This document shows, piece by piece, positions 44,281 to 57,303 of a stretch of DNA of 64,000 nt; within the stretch, counting starts at the first letter, position 1; each line of letters opens with the position of its first letter. The stretch is from Schmidtea polychroa (lineage: Eukaryota). The notes under the pieces were generated by a model, which had not been told where the DNA came from, did not search any database, and saw nothing but the letters and a program-made list of their open reading frames with translations. Position numbers and translations under genes: made by a program. The stretch is taken from the NCBI GenBank assembly GCA_044892525.1, contig CM097885.1:18416001-18480000 (forward strand). Direction: 5' to 3'.

Positions 44281-46244
44281 AAAATATTTATTGTTATACT
44301 CTCCGTTTGTATCAGTTAATAAATTAACCGGTGGATACGTTTTGTCAGAGATATCCTCATCCAATATTTGCGGTGAATTTCTACTTTCCTCCGTTGTGTC
44401 ATTCAGTTTCTTCTTGACTCGTGAAACACTTGACTTATTCGAAAGAATTCCTTGAGCTCCTCTATCAAAGGATTTTGCTTTGCCATTTAAGTGAATGTTT
44501 GAATTAAAATTTAAATTTCGAGAAAAATTGTTTCCTGAACAAATTAAAAGGGAAAAAAATAAAAATTTAATGAAACTATAAAAAAATTAATATATTAATA
44601 AAAGCTCACCAAGTCTCAGGTTCCATGTAAATATAATTAATGTAAATATAATTAATGTAAATAAGAGAAGCTTTTATTAAAACAAAATAAAATAGTCGAA
44701 AATATTCAAGAAATTTTTTTCAAATTAATGTGGAAGATCACGATGAGAGGTTAGGAAAATTCAATACTTCAGAAATAGGAATAAAAGTGCCCACAATAAA
44801 TATTGCATAAATTTAGGCAAACTTTTGTAAGTCCTTTTTCCTTTAAGTAAAGTTTCAAATTTAGTTTTAAATTCCATATGTTTACTTATTACATGTCGTA
44901 CCTACTCTAAAATAAGAAAATTAATTAAATTAATTTTATCTTTTATACCATTGAGTAGTGAAAAAGTGTCTGTAATATAACTTGGTCATTTTTCTAAATA
45001 AAATACAACATAAGAAACACGAATATAAAAAGCAGTTTAGTATCTGATTACAATTTATTTTAACTGCAGTTTATTATAATATTTTTAAAAGCTTATAAAA
45101 ATGTTAAAATTTTCTATATTGTCTTTTTATCTAATAGGTGTGACTCTAAGTGAATGTTTTCCCCTGTGTATTAAAACAAATAAAATTCCTTTTTTAAATA
45201 TTTTTGGGCTATTATTTTGCAAGTCGGTTTACTCTGACTCCTCGTGTTCTTATTTAAACAAATATATCGAAACCCAACACAGAATTACTTTATTACACTT
45301 CAATCAAAATTACAATTGGTCATTAGATTTGCACCATTCTCTCTAAATCAATATTGCTCGCTAAAGAAGACAACTCAAGGAGCAATCACTTTTCTGGTAC
45401 GAGAATTAAACTTTGCTTTCAATTACTGGATTTTGTCCTCCGATCGCTGATTGCCTTATTCGCCATACTTTTCTCTTGTTTCTTCGGACAACTTGCGGGT
45501 TGTCTGTTTTTGAGCTCTCTTTTTATACTTTTTCTGAAAGGGCAATTATCTACAGAATTAGGATTATTGCAAACAATTATCTCTTGGGAATCTTAGGTAA
45601 ACATCTGAGGGTTTTGAAATTACTTTAATTTGTTTGTCCCAGATTGGCACTCAGGTGAATCCCCTTCCTTATCTATTCGATCGGGTCTCACTGTGCTTCG
45701 GGTTCCCGTCAGCGCTCGGGTTTCCAATTACGATTTAATTAACTTTAATTAGTTTGTTTTTTCTTTATAACTTTCCCGTTAAACCTTTTATTAAATTTTC
45801 ATAATAATTTCTGAATTTGCCTTTCCATTGGCGTTCAAACCATACTCGTGTTGTGGTTGGCGTAGTCCTTTCTGGTGATTTGGCAATAGAATCATTTCTT
45901 TGACCATTATTCGAGAAAACGCTAAATAATTCTTCAGTTTTCTTTTTTTCTGGCTGACATAATGATGGATTTTCGCAATGAATTATTTTACAATGGGTAG
46001 TATTGAACAAAACCGCGTCACATTGTTTGTAGTCACAACAATATTTAATACATTCGTCCCACTCATCTAGCATGATTATCTTTTGTATGATATTAGTTTT
46101 ATTAACAAGACCAAATGGAAAGTGATTCAATAACACGATTTGTGAATACCTATCATCAGATGAATTAATATCCTTACATACTTCCTCCTTGTTCGAGGTT
46201 ATGAAATTTAACAATATCAGTAATGTAAATAATTTTAAAATCAT
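44281..46244 (-). CDS. Signal peptide + MANEC/MANSC domain protein (KIAA0319-like), 5' exons
   Basis: Hydrophobic N-terminus and Cys pattern C..ECIKYCCDYKQCDAVLFNTTHCKIIHCENPSLCQP. Open second exon 44534-44281 (TTCAG / GTAAGT). A further candidate exon lies at ~41317-41186; the downstream structure is unresolved. Confidence 0.65.
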
Positions 46245-46931
46245 TTGAGAAGAAAAGTAATTAAATTCAATTTAAAGTCAGACAATTTATATAATAAATT
46301 CGATTTACACAATTTTTATTTAAATTACAATTTTCACTTATTTAAGTAAAACAAAAATATATTATAGAAACTATATAAAAAATGTAAATATAATCAGACC
46401 AGATAAACATATTCAACAGCCATTTCTCATTTACAAAATGTTAACTAAATATAATAATTTCATATAGTCCGATTATTTCTAAAGATTTTACAGCCTGCCG
46501 ATTTATCCATGAACCATTTTGACCATTGTCATTCGCATACAATATTTGAGGAAATGTATATCCTTTGCCGTTCTGATCCTTTTTTGCATTATCACATTGA
46601 TCAGAATTTGTAAAGACGTGTGGTGGTTTGATAAAAAGATCTTTTCGGGTTCATATTATTGTTAGGATTTGTTCCGTATTTCGCGAATTGTAATGGATGA
46701 GGGTGTTGGTCTATGAGAGCCAACACTAAAACTATTGGGAGCCGAATACAGTTTATCTTGATAATGATAACATGGCATCGAATTTGCTTTACTCGTCTGA
46801 GATTGATTAATAGAGCCTGATTGATAAGTAGAAGTATTAGCTGATCGCACGACTTTTGATTGACTATACTTGTGTTCTGTTTGGTCCTTATTCGTTGGTG
46901 ACGGCGCATTTATATATAATATAATATAATA

Positions 46932-49772
46932 TAAAACAATAAAATGATAATTTAAGCCTTTTGCTGCAAATAATGTATTTAATGAAAGAATTTTCGACTA
47001 TACGATAGTCCTTGTCAATCTCCTGGAATTTAGCAATGTTCTTCTTCAAAATACCCTTCAATCTTTCTTTTATTTCCTTTCTCTTAATTCCCATTGGTTG
47101 TAAATATAATGAATTGTTTTACTAAAAACTTTTAAAATTTTTTTTATAATTTTTACATTTAAAATTTCAAAATGACACAAACTAAAATTTTTAAATTTTT
47201 TACAGCTTCTATAATTAGCTTCTAGAAGCCTAATAAAATATTTGAAAATATTTTAAATAAAGCCTCCAATAACTACTTATATATGCTATTTAAATATTTC
47301 AATAAATGTGTCAATTTTGATTTTCAAACCCTATTTTTTAAAATTTTTTTCTATATTATTCTAATTATTACTTTTTAATTTATTCTTATTTTTTTATAAT
47401 TTCTTTGTATATTGTCAGTTATTCTCAAAGTCAATGACAACAGATCAAATTCATGATTTCATTGATTTCTTCTTTAGTGTTGATCTTTGGCTGTCTGTTT
47501 ATTATGAGAATTGCTTCTTTGATTCTGACATTTTTCTTTTGGATGTTTCCATTAGCTATGATTTCTATTGAAATATTTTTTCTTTCCTCTGTTGGCTGAC
47601 ACTGCCGGGGAGAATTTTGCATTATAGAGAAGAATCGTTACTGTGAAGCTGGTTACGAACACCTCGGCAACATCGAAACATACAAGAAAGTCAGCCGCAT
47701 GTCACCAAACACCATCGAAATGAAGATCAACAAAGTATGGAAAGCCATAGCTTTGGAAATGAGGCTCAACAACAGAATAACCAACAGCTTCGTCACAAAA
47801 AATTCTGATCTTCCTAACTTCTACCACCTAATTAAAACTCACAAAGAGGGTCCTGGTATCAAAATTAGACCTATAGTGTCCAACAAAAATGGACCAACAA
47901 CTAAAACAAGTTGGCTCCTTGCAAAGATCTTGAAACCTTTATTGGACACGATACCACACCATCTTCAAAGCAGCGACTGCCTCATGACAAGACTAAATAA
48001 TAACATGACTTGTCATAGAGAATTCCAATACCCATTTAGTCTTGATGTCGTATCACTATACACATCTATCGAACCAACAGAGGCTATTCAATGTTTAGAA
48101 AAGAAATTAAGAGAAAGCAACTTGTTAATAAAGGAAATGAATACCGAGAATATCACCAAACTACTTACTGTTATCCTAGAGAACACCTATTTTACCTTTG
48201 AACAAAATATCTATAAACAAGTTAAAGGTCTGCCTATGGGTTCTAGCATATCAGGACTGCTAGCAATCATCTTTATGGATAACCTCGAACGACAGACACT
48301 GAGGACCATACAACCCATCGGTTTCTATGCAAGATATGTAGATGATATCTTCATCTTGACCAAAAACAGAAAAGAAGCGGAGGAAATATTTCATTCATTC
48401 AATGCGGCTCATCAAGATATTAAGTTCGAAATCGAATATCCGGAAGAAGATGGATCCCTCAATTTATTGGATTTGAGAATCAAAATAGAAGAAAAAGAAA
48501 ATACTCCAACATACGGGTTCTACAGAAAACCAGCTCGCAAAGAAATATTTATGCACCAAAGATCAGCGCTTCCATACTTACAGAAAGTAAATGTCATAAG
48601 AAACGAGAAACGAAGAATAGCCAATCGATGCACGGAGAAAAACGAAAACTTTAAAGAGCAATCAAATTTCAATAAAATCCTACACCGAAACGGATACCAA
48701 GGTGAGGACATTGAAAAAATGAATTCTACCCCAAGAAGATCTAGGGAATTAACACAAAAGAATCAGAAATATTTCTATCTGAATATCCCATTCATCAGTG
48801 ACATACTCGACTTCAAGATCCTGAAAGAACTTAAACGTACCGGTCTTCCAATTCGGATAGCACATAAATCTTGGACATTGAGAAGGGCTCTGGCAGGCAA
48901 CATAAATAGAGAAAACAATTGCACAATGAAAAACTGCCAGACACCGAAAGATATGTGCTTTAGAAAAAACATCGTCTATTGCATCACGTGCAATGTATGC
49001 AATGAAATCTACATTGGAAGTACCCTCAGGACATTGCACCAAAGAGTTAAAGAACATCTAGATCCTGGTGGAACATCCTCGTTGGGCAGACATCTCCGGC
49101 AGTGTCAGCCAACAGAGGAAAGAAAAAATATTTCAATAGAAATCATAGCTAATGGAAACATCCAAAAGAAAAATGTCAGAATCAAAGAAGCAATTCTCAT
49201 AATAAACAGACAGCCAAAGATCAACACTAAAGAAGAAATCAATGAAATCATGAATTTGATCTGTTGTCATTGACTTTGAGAATAACTGACAATATACAAA
49301 GAAATTATAAAAAAATAAGAATAAATTAAAAAGTAATAATTAGAATAATATAGAAAAAAATTTTAAAAAATAGGGTTTGAAAATCAAAATTGACACATTT
49401 ATTGAAATATTTAAATAGCATATATAAGTAGTTATTGGAGGCTTTATTTAAAATATTTTCAAATATTTTATTAGGCTTCTAGAAGCTAATTATAGAAGCT
49501 GTAAAAAATTTAAAAATTTTAGTTTGTGTCATTTTGAAATTTTAAATGTAAAAATTATAAAAAAAATTTTAAAAGTTTTTAGTAAAACAATTCATTATAT
49601 TTACAACCAATGGGAATTAAGAGAAAGGAAATAAAAGAAAGATTGAAGGGTATTTTGAAGAAGAACATTGCTAAATTCCAGGAGATTGACAAGGACTATC
49701 GTATAGTCGAAAATTCTTTCATTAAATACATTATTTGCAGCAAAAGGCTTAAATTATCATTTTATTGTTTTA
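46932..49772 (+). mobile_element. Penelope-like retroelement, 5'-truncated, with inverted pLTR (46932-47608 mirrors 49096-49772)
   Basis: The mirror ORF 47431-47622 duplicates the endonuclease C-terminus. The arms are essentially identical. Confidence 0.95.
47609..49273 (+). CDS. Penelope-like reverse transcriptase + GIY-YIG endonuclease (5'-truncated just after the DKG motif)
   Basis: KIRPIVS, FSLDVVSLYTSI, YKQVKGLPMGSSIS, RYVDDIF, LNLLDL, YRKP. Cys linker and NIVYCITCNVCNEIYIGST..R.KEH, KEAILI..QPKIN. The frame is open from 47609. Confidence 0.95.
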   Translation, partial: GEFCIIEKNRYCEAGYEHLGNIETYKKVSRMSPNTIEMKINKVWKAIALEMRLNNRITNSFVTKNSDLPNFYHLIKTHKEGPGIKIRPIVSNKNGPTTKTSWLLAKILKPLLDTIPHHLQSSDCLMTRLNNNMTCHREFQYPFSLDVVSLYTSIEPTEAIQCLEKKLRESNLLIKEMNTENITKLLTVILENTYFTFEQNIYKQVKGLPMGSSISGLLAIIFMDNLERQTLRTIQPIGFYARYVDDIFILTKNRKEAEEIFHSFNAAHQDIKFEIEYPEEDGSLNLLDLRIKIEEKENTPTYGFYRKPARKEIFMHQRSALPYLQKVNVIRNEKRRIANRCTEKNENFKEQSNFNKILHRNGYQGEDIEKMNSTPRRSRELTQKNQKYFYLNIPFISDILDFKILKELKRTGLPIRIAHKSWTLRRALAGNINRENNCTMKNCQTPKDMCFRKNIVYCITCNVCNEIYIGSTLRTLHQRVKEHLDPGGTSSLGRHLRQCQPTEERKNISIEIIANGNIQKKNVRIKEAILIINRQPKINTKEEINEIMNLICCH

Positions 49773-50082
49773 AATAATAAATGCTGCTACCAAGCAATCA
49801 TCATTTTATACTTATAATATAATATAATATAGTATAATAGGTATATAAATATTGTTAAGGCCGTGTAACGGCTCACTACAACTCGTTTACCCTTTCCGTA
49901 TTGATTTTCGATTTTTAGTAAATTTTAATTAATTTTGTGCTTTTGTTGTTTGGAACTTTTCATTGATGTTAACAATATTTGTTATTTCTTCCTCTTTTAT
50001 ATATATTTTTTGGTTTTCGTACTAACCTCAACAATATTGTTTTTTTCGAGATCATTTACATTCATTCTTCCAGACTATAGAT

Positions 50083-51695
50083 CAAGGGTCTCCAAACTAC
50101 GGCCCGAGGGCCACATCCGGCCCGCGGACAGATTTTGTCCGGCCCGCGAAGAGCTAGCATATTTGAAAACTCCTTTTAGAGAACATATTTTTTATAGCAA
50201 ATTAAATTTAGTTTACTGAAGTATTCTAATTTTATGTTGAATAATTATTAATATGACATCTAAATTGATATGGTCATGGGCTAACTACTCATAACATTTT
50301 TGTAGGCTTATTGTTATTGTTTTTGTGATAAGTTGGATAAAGAAACACAGAATTGTAATAAGTAAAGACATGTATAATATGCAGAAAATTTAACTTCAAT
50401 ATATAATAACTAACAAATTATTGAAATGAATCCAACTAACATTTTATACATTTTAAATATAAACATAACTTATAACAAGCATAATGACATATGAAATACA
50501 AATGAGATTTATGTAATTGAGATTTTCCACTGACAATAGTTTGTAGTTGTGGACTAATTTTACTTGTACCAATTATTAAAAGAGATTTAAGATGCTCATC
50601 AGTTAATTTTGATCTGTAATCATTTTTTGTGTACTTCATTTTGGAGAAGGTCTTCTCACACAAATAAGTATTACCAAAAACAGAAAACAGCCCACGAGCA
50701 AATTTATGCAAATTATCAAATTATGTCAGTGGAAGACTCTTATAAAATCCCAACAAAGATGAGTTTTGATATTTGTTCTTAATTATATCACTGCACTGTA
50801 GATCAATCATTTCCATTTGAAGTTCCGGGGCTAGGGTTTCAATGTCAGTATCAAAAGGATTCTGAAAAATCTTAATTTGATTCGCAATGGCATCAAAGTC
50901 CGAGAAACGAGTATCAAAATTTATTTTCAAAGCACTCAAAGTTTCGATTGCAAAATCGATAGGAAACTCAGTCTCAGTGGTGTGGCTGAATATTTCACAT
51001 GTTGTAAAATGTGAAAAACATTTTCTTCGTTGTTGTGATTGAAACAGTATCAATTTCTTCCGGAATGATTTAATATTAGTGTATAAATCAGGAAGATAGT
51101 GGTTTTCTCCTTGCAATCTCAAATTCAGTTCGTTCACATTTTTTGTCAAATCAACATAGAATGCTAACTTCCACAGCCATGCGTTGTTTTGTAATTCACT
51201 AAGAGGGCGATGCTTTTCATTCAAATAAATTTCGATCATTGCTCGAAGTTCAAAAAAGCGCTGAAGGACTTTCCCACAACTAAGCCAACGTACGGCAGTA
51301 TGATAAGGTAAGTCATTTTCTCCAATCTCTTCAATAAATTGTCGGAATTGTCGGTGATTCAGCCCAAAAGATCTGATAAAATTAACAGTTGATATGACTG
51401 GTTTCAGAACTTCAGACATATCCAAACATTTTCCGCACAAAGACTGTTGATGAATGATACAATGTAAGACTAATGGTTTTGAACCACCGTCATTTTCTAC
51501 AGCCTTTGACACAAGAGCGACCACTCCTTTATCTTTCCCACTCATATTTTTGCCTCCATTAGTTGTAATACATTTCAAGTTTTTCCATCGAAGGTTCTTT
51601 TGATTAATGGCCATTTCAACTCCTTTAAAAATATCTGTACTAATAGTTGTGCCATGAATACTATACATATCAAGAAGTTCTTCATGCACTTTATA
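50083..51695 (-). mobile_element. SPIN/Buster-type hAT transposon, 3' part, interrupted by Polinton C
   Basis: TIR CAAGGGTCTCCAAACTACGGCCCG preceded by CTATAGAT (nnnTAnnn). Transposase CITTNGGKNM, HCIIHQQSL, VRWLSCGKVLQRF, FGNTYLCEKTFS, with an in-frame stop at 50721. Confidence 0.92.
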
Positions 51696-51808
51696 AGTAG
51701 GTAGATAGTGGCCCACTGCAACAATTACCTCCCACCCCCCCCCCCCCTAGAAAAAAAAATTGTTGCAACTCCCATTTTTTGTTGCAACTTTTTATTACGC
51801 AATTGTTC

Positions 51809-52400
51809 CACACTATAGTGAGGGGGTCTCGATGGTCCTGGGATTTTCAATACAAAAAAAATTTTCAATAGAAAAAGGCGGTCTCAATAAAAAAAGCATG
51901 GATTATTCACACTATAGTGAGGGGGTCTCGATGGTCCTGGGATTTTCAATACAAATAAATTTTTCAATAGAAAAAGGCGGTCTCAATAAAAAAAAGCATG
52001 GATTTTTCTAGGTCAATTCAGGTGGGTCTCCTTGGTCCTGAGAAAAAGGTGGTCTACACTAAAAAACGTGGTAAATTTTTTAAATTACAGTAAATATTGG
52101 TTCTAAAAAAAATTAAATTACAGTAAATTATGGTCAAAAATTTTGAATTACAGAAAATTATGATCAAAAATTTTCAATTACAGTAAATAATGGTCCAAAT
52201 TTTTGAATTAAAGTAAATAATGGTTCTAAAAAATTAAATTAAAGTAAATTATGGTTCAAATTTTTCAATTACAGTAAATAATGGTTCTAAAAATTAAATT
52301 AAAGTAAATTATGGTTCTAAAAAATTTAAATTAAAGTAAATTATGGTTCTAAAAAAAAATTAAATTAAAGTTAATTAAGGTCCAAATTTAAAAATTAAGT
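51809..52400. repeat. Subterminal tandem repeats of Polinton C (2 x ~100 bp, then ~30-bp AATTA(C/A)AGTAAAT(T/A)ATGGT units)
   Basis: Direct reading; HYSEGVSMVLGFSIQ appears twice in the ORF track. Confidence 0.85.
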
Positions 52401-52807
52401 AATCAATGGTAAAAATTTTAAATAAGTAAATTAAAGTAATAATTTTTAAATTAAGTAATCAATGGTAAAAAATTTTAAATAAGTAAATTAAAGTAATAAT
52501 TTAAAAATGAGTAATGTAATAAGTAAATTAAAGTAAGATTTTAAAATTTATTAACAAAAAATAGGTGTTTGAGAATTGAAATTTTTTAATGAAAATTTTT
52601 TATGAATAATTTTTAATGGAAATTTTAATAGAATCATTTTTAAGATAATTTTAAATGGAAATTTTTATGAAATATTTTTCAATGGTAATTTTTAATGGAA
52701 ATTTTAATGGAATAATTTTCAATGATAATTTTAGATGGAAATTTTTAAGATAATTTTTAATGAAAATTTTTATAAAATATTTTTCAAAGACAAATTTTAA
52801 TAATAAT

Positions 52808-54040
52808 TCAACAACAAACCAACAACTTAGTACCAACAACCAGTAACTTACGAACATGTATTAACAACAAGATACCAACAACCAGTTACCAACTACTAAG
52901 TACCTACAACCACCTACCCATTAACTAGCTACAACCAGCAAACAACTAGCTACCACCTACCCATTAACTGGCTACAACTAGTTACCTGATACCAAGTACC
53001 AACAACCGACAGCAACCAGGTACTAAGCATTATCAACCAACTACTAAGTACCTACAACCAACTAGCTACCACCTACCAAGTACTCACAACCGACAACAAT
53101 CAACTAACAACTAGATACCAAGTACCTACAACTAGTTACTAACAACCAGTTACCTGCTACCAAGTACTTACAACTAGTTACTAACAACCAGTTACATGAT
53201 AACAAGTACTTACAACATGTTACCTGATACCAAGTACTAACAACATGTTACCTGTTACCAAGTACATACAACCAACATCAACCAGATACCTACAACTAGA
53301 TACTAACAACCAGTTACATGCTACCAAGTACTTACAACTAGATACCAAGTATTATCAACCAAAAACAATCAACCAACTAGGTACTAGATACCAAGTACTA
53401 ACAACCAACAACAACCAGGTACTAAGCATTATCAACCAACTAAATACTAAGTACTAACAACCAACCAACTAGGTACTAGATACCATGTACTCACAACCGT
53501 CAACAACCAGCTACTAAGCATTATTAACCAACTACTAAGTACCTACAACCAACTAGTTACCACCTACCAAGTACATACAACTAGATACTAACAACCAAAA
53601 ACAACCAAAAACAACCAACCAACTAGGTACTAGATACCAAGTACTAACAACCTACAACAACTAGGTACTAAGCATTATCAACGAAGTTCCTAAAACCACC
53701 TAACAAGTACATACAACCAACATCAACCAGGTACTAAGCATTAATTACCAACTACTAAGTACCTACCAAGTACATACAACCAACATCAACCAGATACCTA
53801 CAACTAGATACTAACAACCAGTTACCAAGTACCTACAACCACCTACCCATTAACTAGCTACAACCAGCTAACAACTAGCTACCAACTACCAAGTACTAAC
53901 AACCAACAACCAGCTAACAACTAACTACCAGATACCAACTACTTACAACCAACAACTAAGTACTAACAACCAGCTAACAACTAGATACCTAGTACTAAGC
54001 ACTGTCAACTAGATACCAAGCACTGACAACCAGATGACCA
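52808..54040. repeat. A/C-rich degenerate minisatellite (CAACCAACTA/ACCAAGTAC units)
   Basis: Strongly G-poor top strand with recurring motifs. Confidence 0.85.
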
Positions 54041-54433
54041 CATGAAATTATTAGTTAAATATGAAAATAAGGGTTATAATTAGTTGTTTAGTAAATTATG
54101 GTGTAAAATTAAGAAATAAAGAATAATTAGGTAAATTAAAGTTAAAAATTTTAAATAAGTAAATTAAGGTTCAAAATTTAAAATTAAGTATCCAATGGTC
54201 CAAATTTTAAATTAAAGCTAAATAAGTAAATTAAAGTAAGATTTTTAAATTTATTATCAAAAGATTGAATAATCACCAACTTTTTTGAGAAATGTAATTT
54301 TTAATGAAATATTTTTTTAAGTTAATTTTAAATGTAAAATTTTTTAAGATAATTTTAAATACAAATTTTAATGAAATAATTTTTAAGTTAATTTCAATGA
54401 AATATTTTTCAAAGTCAAATGAAAATTTAAATG

Positions 54434-54484
<51 letters not shown>

Positions 54485-56575
54485 TAATAATAATTCAATA
54501 GTTCCCAACAATCGGTTACTAAATATTTTTAACTATGTGCTAACAAATAAGTACCAAATACTTACAACTAGATACCATGTACTAACTAACTCTCAAACAA
54601 CCAAGTAAAAACAATCAAGTACCAACAACCTACTAAATATTCTTCATTGTATTTTATAAAATGCTTTTTAAATTAATTTTTTATCTGTCTTCAAAAATAA
54701 TTTTAATTACAATCAGTAGAAAAACCATTTCAAAATGTCTAAATTTAACAAAAATGTTGATTTTCATCAAAAAACCACAACTCAATCACTTTAAAACACC
54801 ACGTGAAATTCAAAATAATTTAAATTACAATGAAAGACTAATGAATTCTAATTTACAAAACATTCTTCTTTTAATTGATAAAAAATGTGTAAATCTTTAA
54901 AGAATGGATGCCTTTGTAAAACTAAAAATGGTAAAGGATTATATTTAAAACCTTGGAAGGAACCATGATACCATTTTTGATACCATTAAAATGGTATATG
55001 AAGAAAGATTAGCACTTTTAAAAAAATTGATAACTACTCAATGTAAAAAACGCATTCAATAAATACTTATTGTTGATCAGTTTTATTATATATACTCTGA
55101 GTTTATCCGACAGGATGTTTTGACCCCCCTAAGGGTACTGGTCGTAGGGTACTGGTTGTAAGGATATTGCTAACACTCAACCCCCATCTACCCATTAAGT
55201 AGTTACTAAGTACTATCAACCAGCTAGCAACTAAATACCATGTACTAACAACCACCATCAAAACCCATCGAGAAATTAACAAATATCAACCTACAACTAT
55301 ATAACAACAATCAGTAAACAACATTGTACCAACTACCAAATACAAGATACCAACAACTTAGTACCAACAATCAACTAACAACACATAAAAATAATAGCAA
55401 TTAAATACAAAATATTCTTCATCACATACACTATTTTCTTATCAAAATCTAAAAAGTCAATCAGATACTATCAACCAGATACCTAGTACTAACAAATAGA
55501 TCTTTAAAAGCAAATACTCATCACTTGAAAAATTAGATGGAAAATTAATTGAACTCAAGACATCAATAACTTGATAAAAATTGATTAAATAATTATAAAA
55601 ACTTAAATTATTCAAAACATACTAAATAAAAAAATATAATTAATGGACAGGAATTCTAGTCATTAATCATCAAGTAAATAAAAAAAATACAGATCATTCA
55701 AGTTAATATGAAAGTAGTGTGTATATATACCCAACCAACACAACCCTCCCAACAAAAACATACCTCCATTACGCTTAAACCATTAGAAAAACAACCTAAA
55801 ACTTATACTTTTATAGTATTTTAACCCCATATTTTAAACAACAACCACCCTTAATCTTTAAAGCCTCAAACTCAAAATCTTCAAACTAAAAAGAGAATAG
55901 AAAAGAAAATGGCATTATGAAAAAGTTAGAGGGCTATTTGGGATAGGGCTATATACACACTACTTTTGATCGCAATCAAACTCCGGAGTTGATCTTTATC
56001 AGATTATTGATTTTAAATTATATAAATTAAAAAATAAATGAAAAATAGTAAAATTGCTCTGAGGGGACAGTGGTATTTTTTTTTTTTTCACTGTCCCCTC
56101 AACAGTTTTTTTGATCCGGATCATTTTTTTATTTATCAACCTCTTTCGTTTATCAAATCTCTTCTAATATACAAGCTGGCCAGACTCATACATCAGAATC
56201 AATCCGATAATAGCAGCACACCTTATTATTCGCTTCTCGCTCGAATACGATTTCATCGGCGTTTTAAGCGTGCTGCTCGAAAGTACAAATGAATTCGAAA
56301 GTGAATCCGAAAGAGGTCCGAAAACAACTGAGAAATAAATGTGCACATTAAAGAATCGATCCGGGGGTGTTCGAAAGACAGGTGGCGATAATTACCGGTT
56401 CGCCACCATCACCCGTTTCAATAATTTTTTTTTCATATTTATGTTTAAAAATAAAATAATTAATAAAATAAATAAAATAAATAAAATAAAATAAAATATA
56501 CAACTACTTTATAAATCTAAGATACCCACACTATTATTTTCAAATTTTTAATATTATTTTATGTTGAAAAAAAAC

Positions 56576-56648
56576 TAACCACAGTTAGGATTTGAACCGC
56601 TATCCATTTGAACCACGGTGCCGGTCTAGCCCACTGCTCTATCTAGGT
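56576..56648 (-). ncRNA. tRNA-like Pol III unit 1
   Basis: Minus strand ACCTAGA TAGAGCAGTGG...GGTTCAAATCC...TGGTTA, then T8. Boxes are at tRNA spacing but the stems are poor. Confidence 0.55.
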
Positions 56649-56895
56649 TTGGATTTTTTTCATTTTTTAGACTATAAATAATCGATTCAAGTTCTTTAAC
56701 TCTTTCCTGTAATTGTTTCATTTTCTTCAATCTTATATCAGCAACATCTACAGCCTTCATATAAAAATGTCGATACTTTTCATTATCTACCATCAACTCT
56801 TTGATGTATTCTAATGGTTCTTCTTCTCTTCTTTTCATTCTCTTATGTTTAACTTCATTCAATTCATTTCTCATTCTTTCTTTTAACTCATCCAT
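56626..56895 (-). CDS. Small charged coiled-coil protein (89 aa), Polinton accessory
   Basis: ATG ORF with E/K/R/L heptad-like composition; function unknown. Confidence 0.55.
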   Translation of the reverse strand: MDELKERMRNELNEVKHKRMKRREEEPLEYIKELMVDNEKYRHFYMKAVDVADIRLKKMKQLQERVKELESIIYSLKNEKNPNLDRAVG

Positions 56896-57059
56896 TTTTA
56901 TAAATATTTTTTTTATTGGATATATTAATTTTTGTTAGTTAAAACGTTTTTGATCTTAAATTTCCAAGAGTTGCCGTTGACCAATCACTTTAAAAATTTG
57001 TACAAGTACTAAATCGAGTATGCTGATCAATATTTCGTTAAAAGAAATTTGAAAAAAAA

Positions 57060-57132
57060 TGACCGAAATGGGATTTGAACCCTTTGGTATTGGCAATGTA
57101 GTCGAGTGCTATTACCACTAAGCTATTAGATC
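57060..57132 (-). ncRNA. tRNA-like Pol III unit 2
   Basis: GATCTAA TAGCTTAGTGGTAATAGC...AAGGG TTCAAAT CCCAT TTCGGTC A, then T8. Acceptor (6/7), D and T arms pair; the anticodon arm does not. Confidence 0.7.
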
Positions 57133-57303
57133 TATACTCAATATAAAATAAGTTGTTAATGTGTGACTATTTATTGATGAAATTAATAATTAATTATTCA
57201 TTTTCTCGACAACTACCACTCAGATCCATCTGAAAATTTAAATATATACTAAAATCAGTACGCTGAATCAGATTCCGTTGGAAAGAAAATATCGAAAAAA
57301 ATT

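Noticed and set aside
44895..45760. Possible solo LTR in the MANEC gene intron
   Set aside because: GC-richer with a TATA-like motif, but I could not define TG...CA ends or a TSD.
46475..46910. Coding-like minus-strand segment next to the Penelope insertion
   Set aside because: Needs frameshifts to stay open, has no clear acceptor and no recognisable domain.
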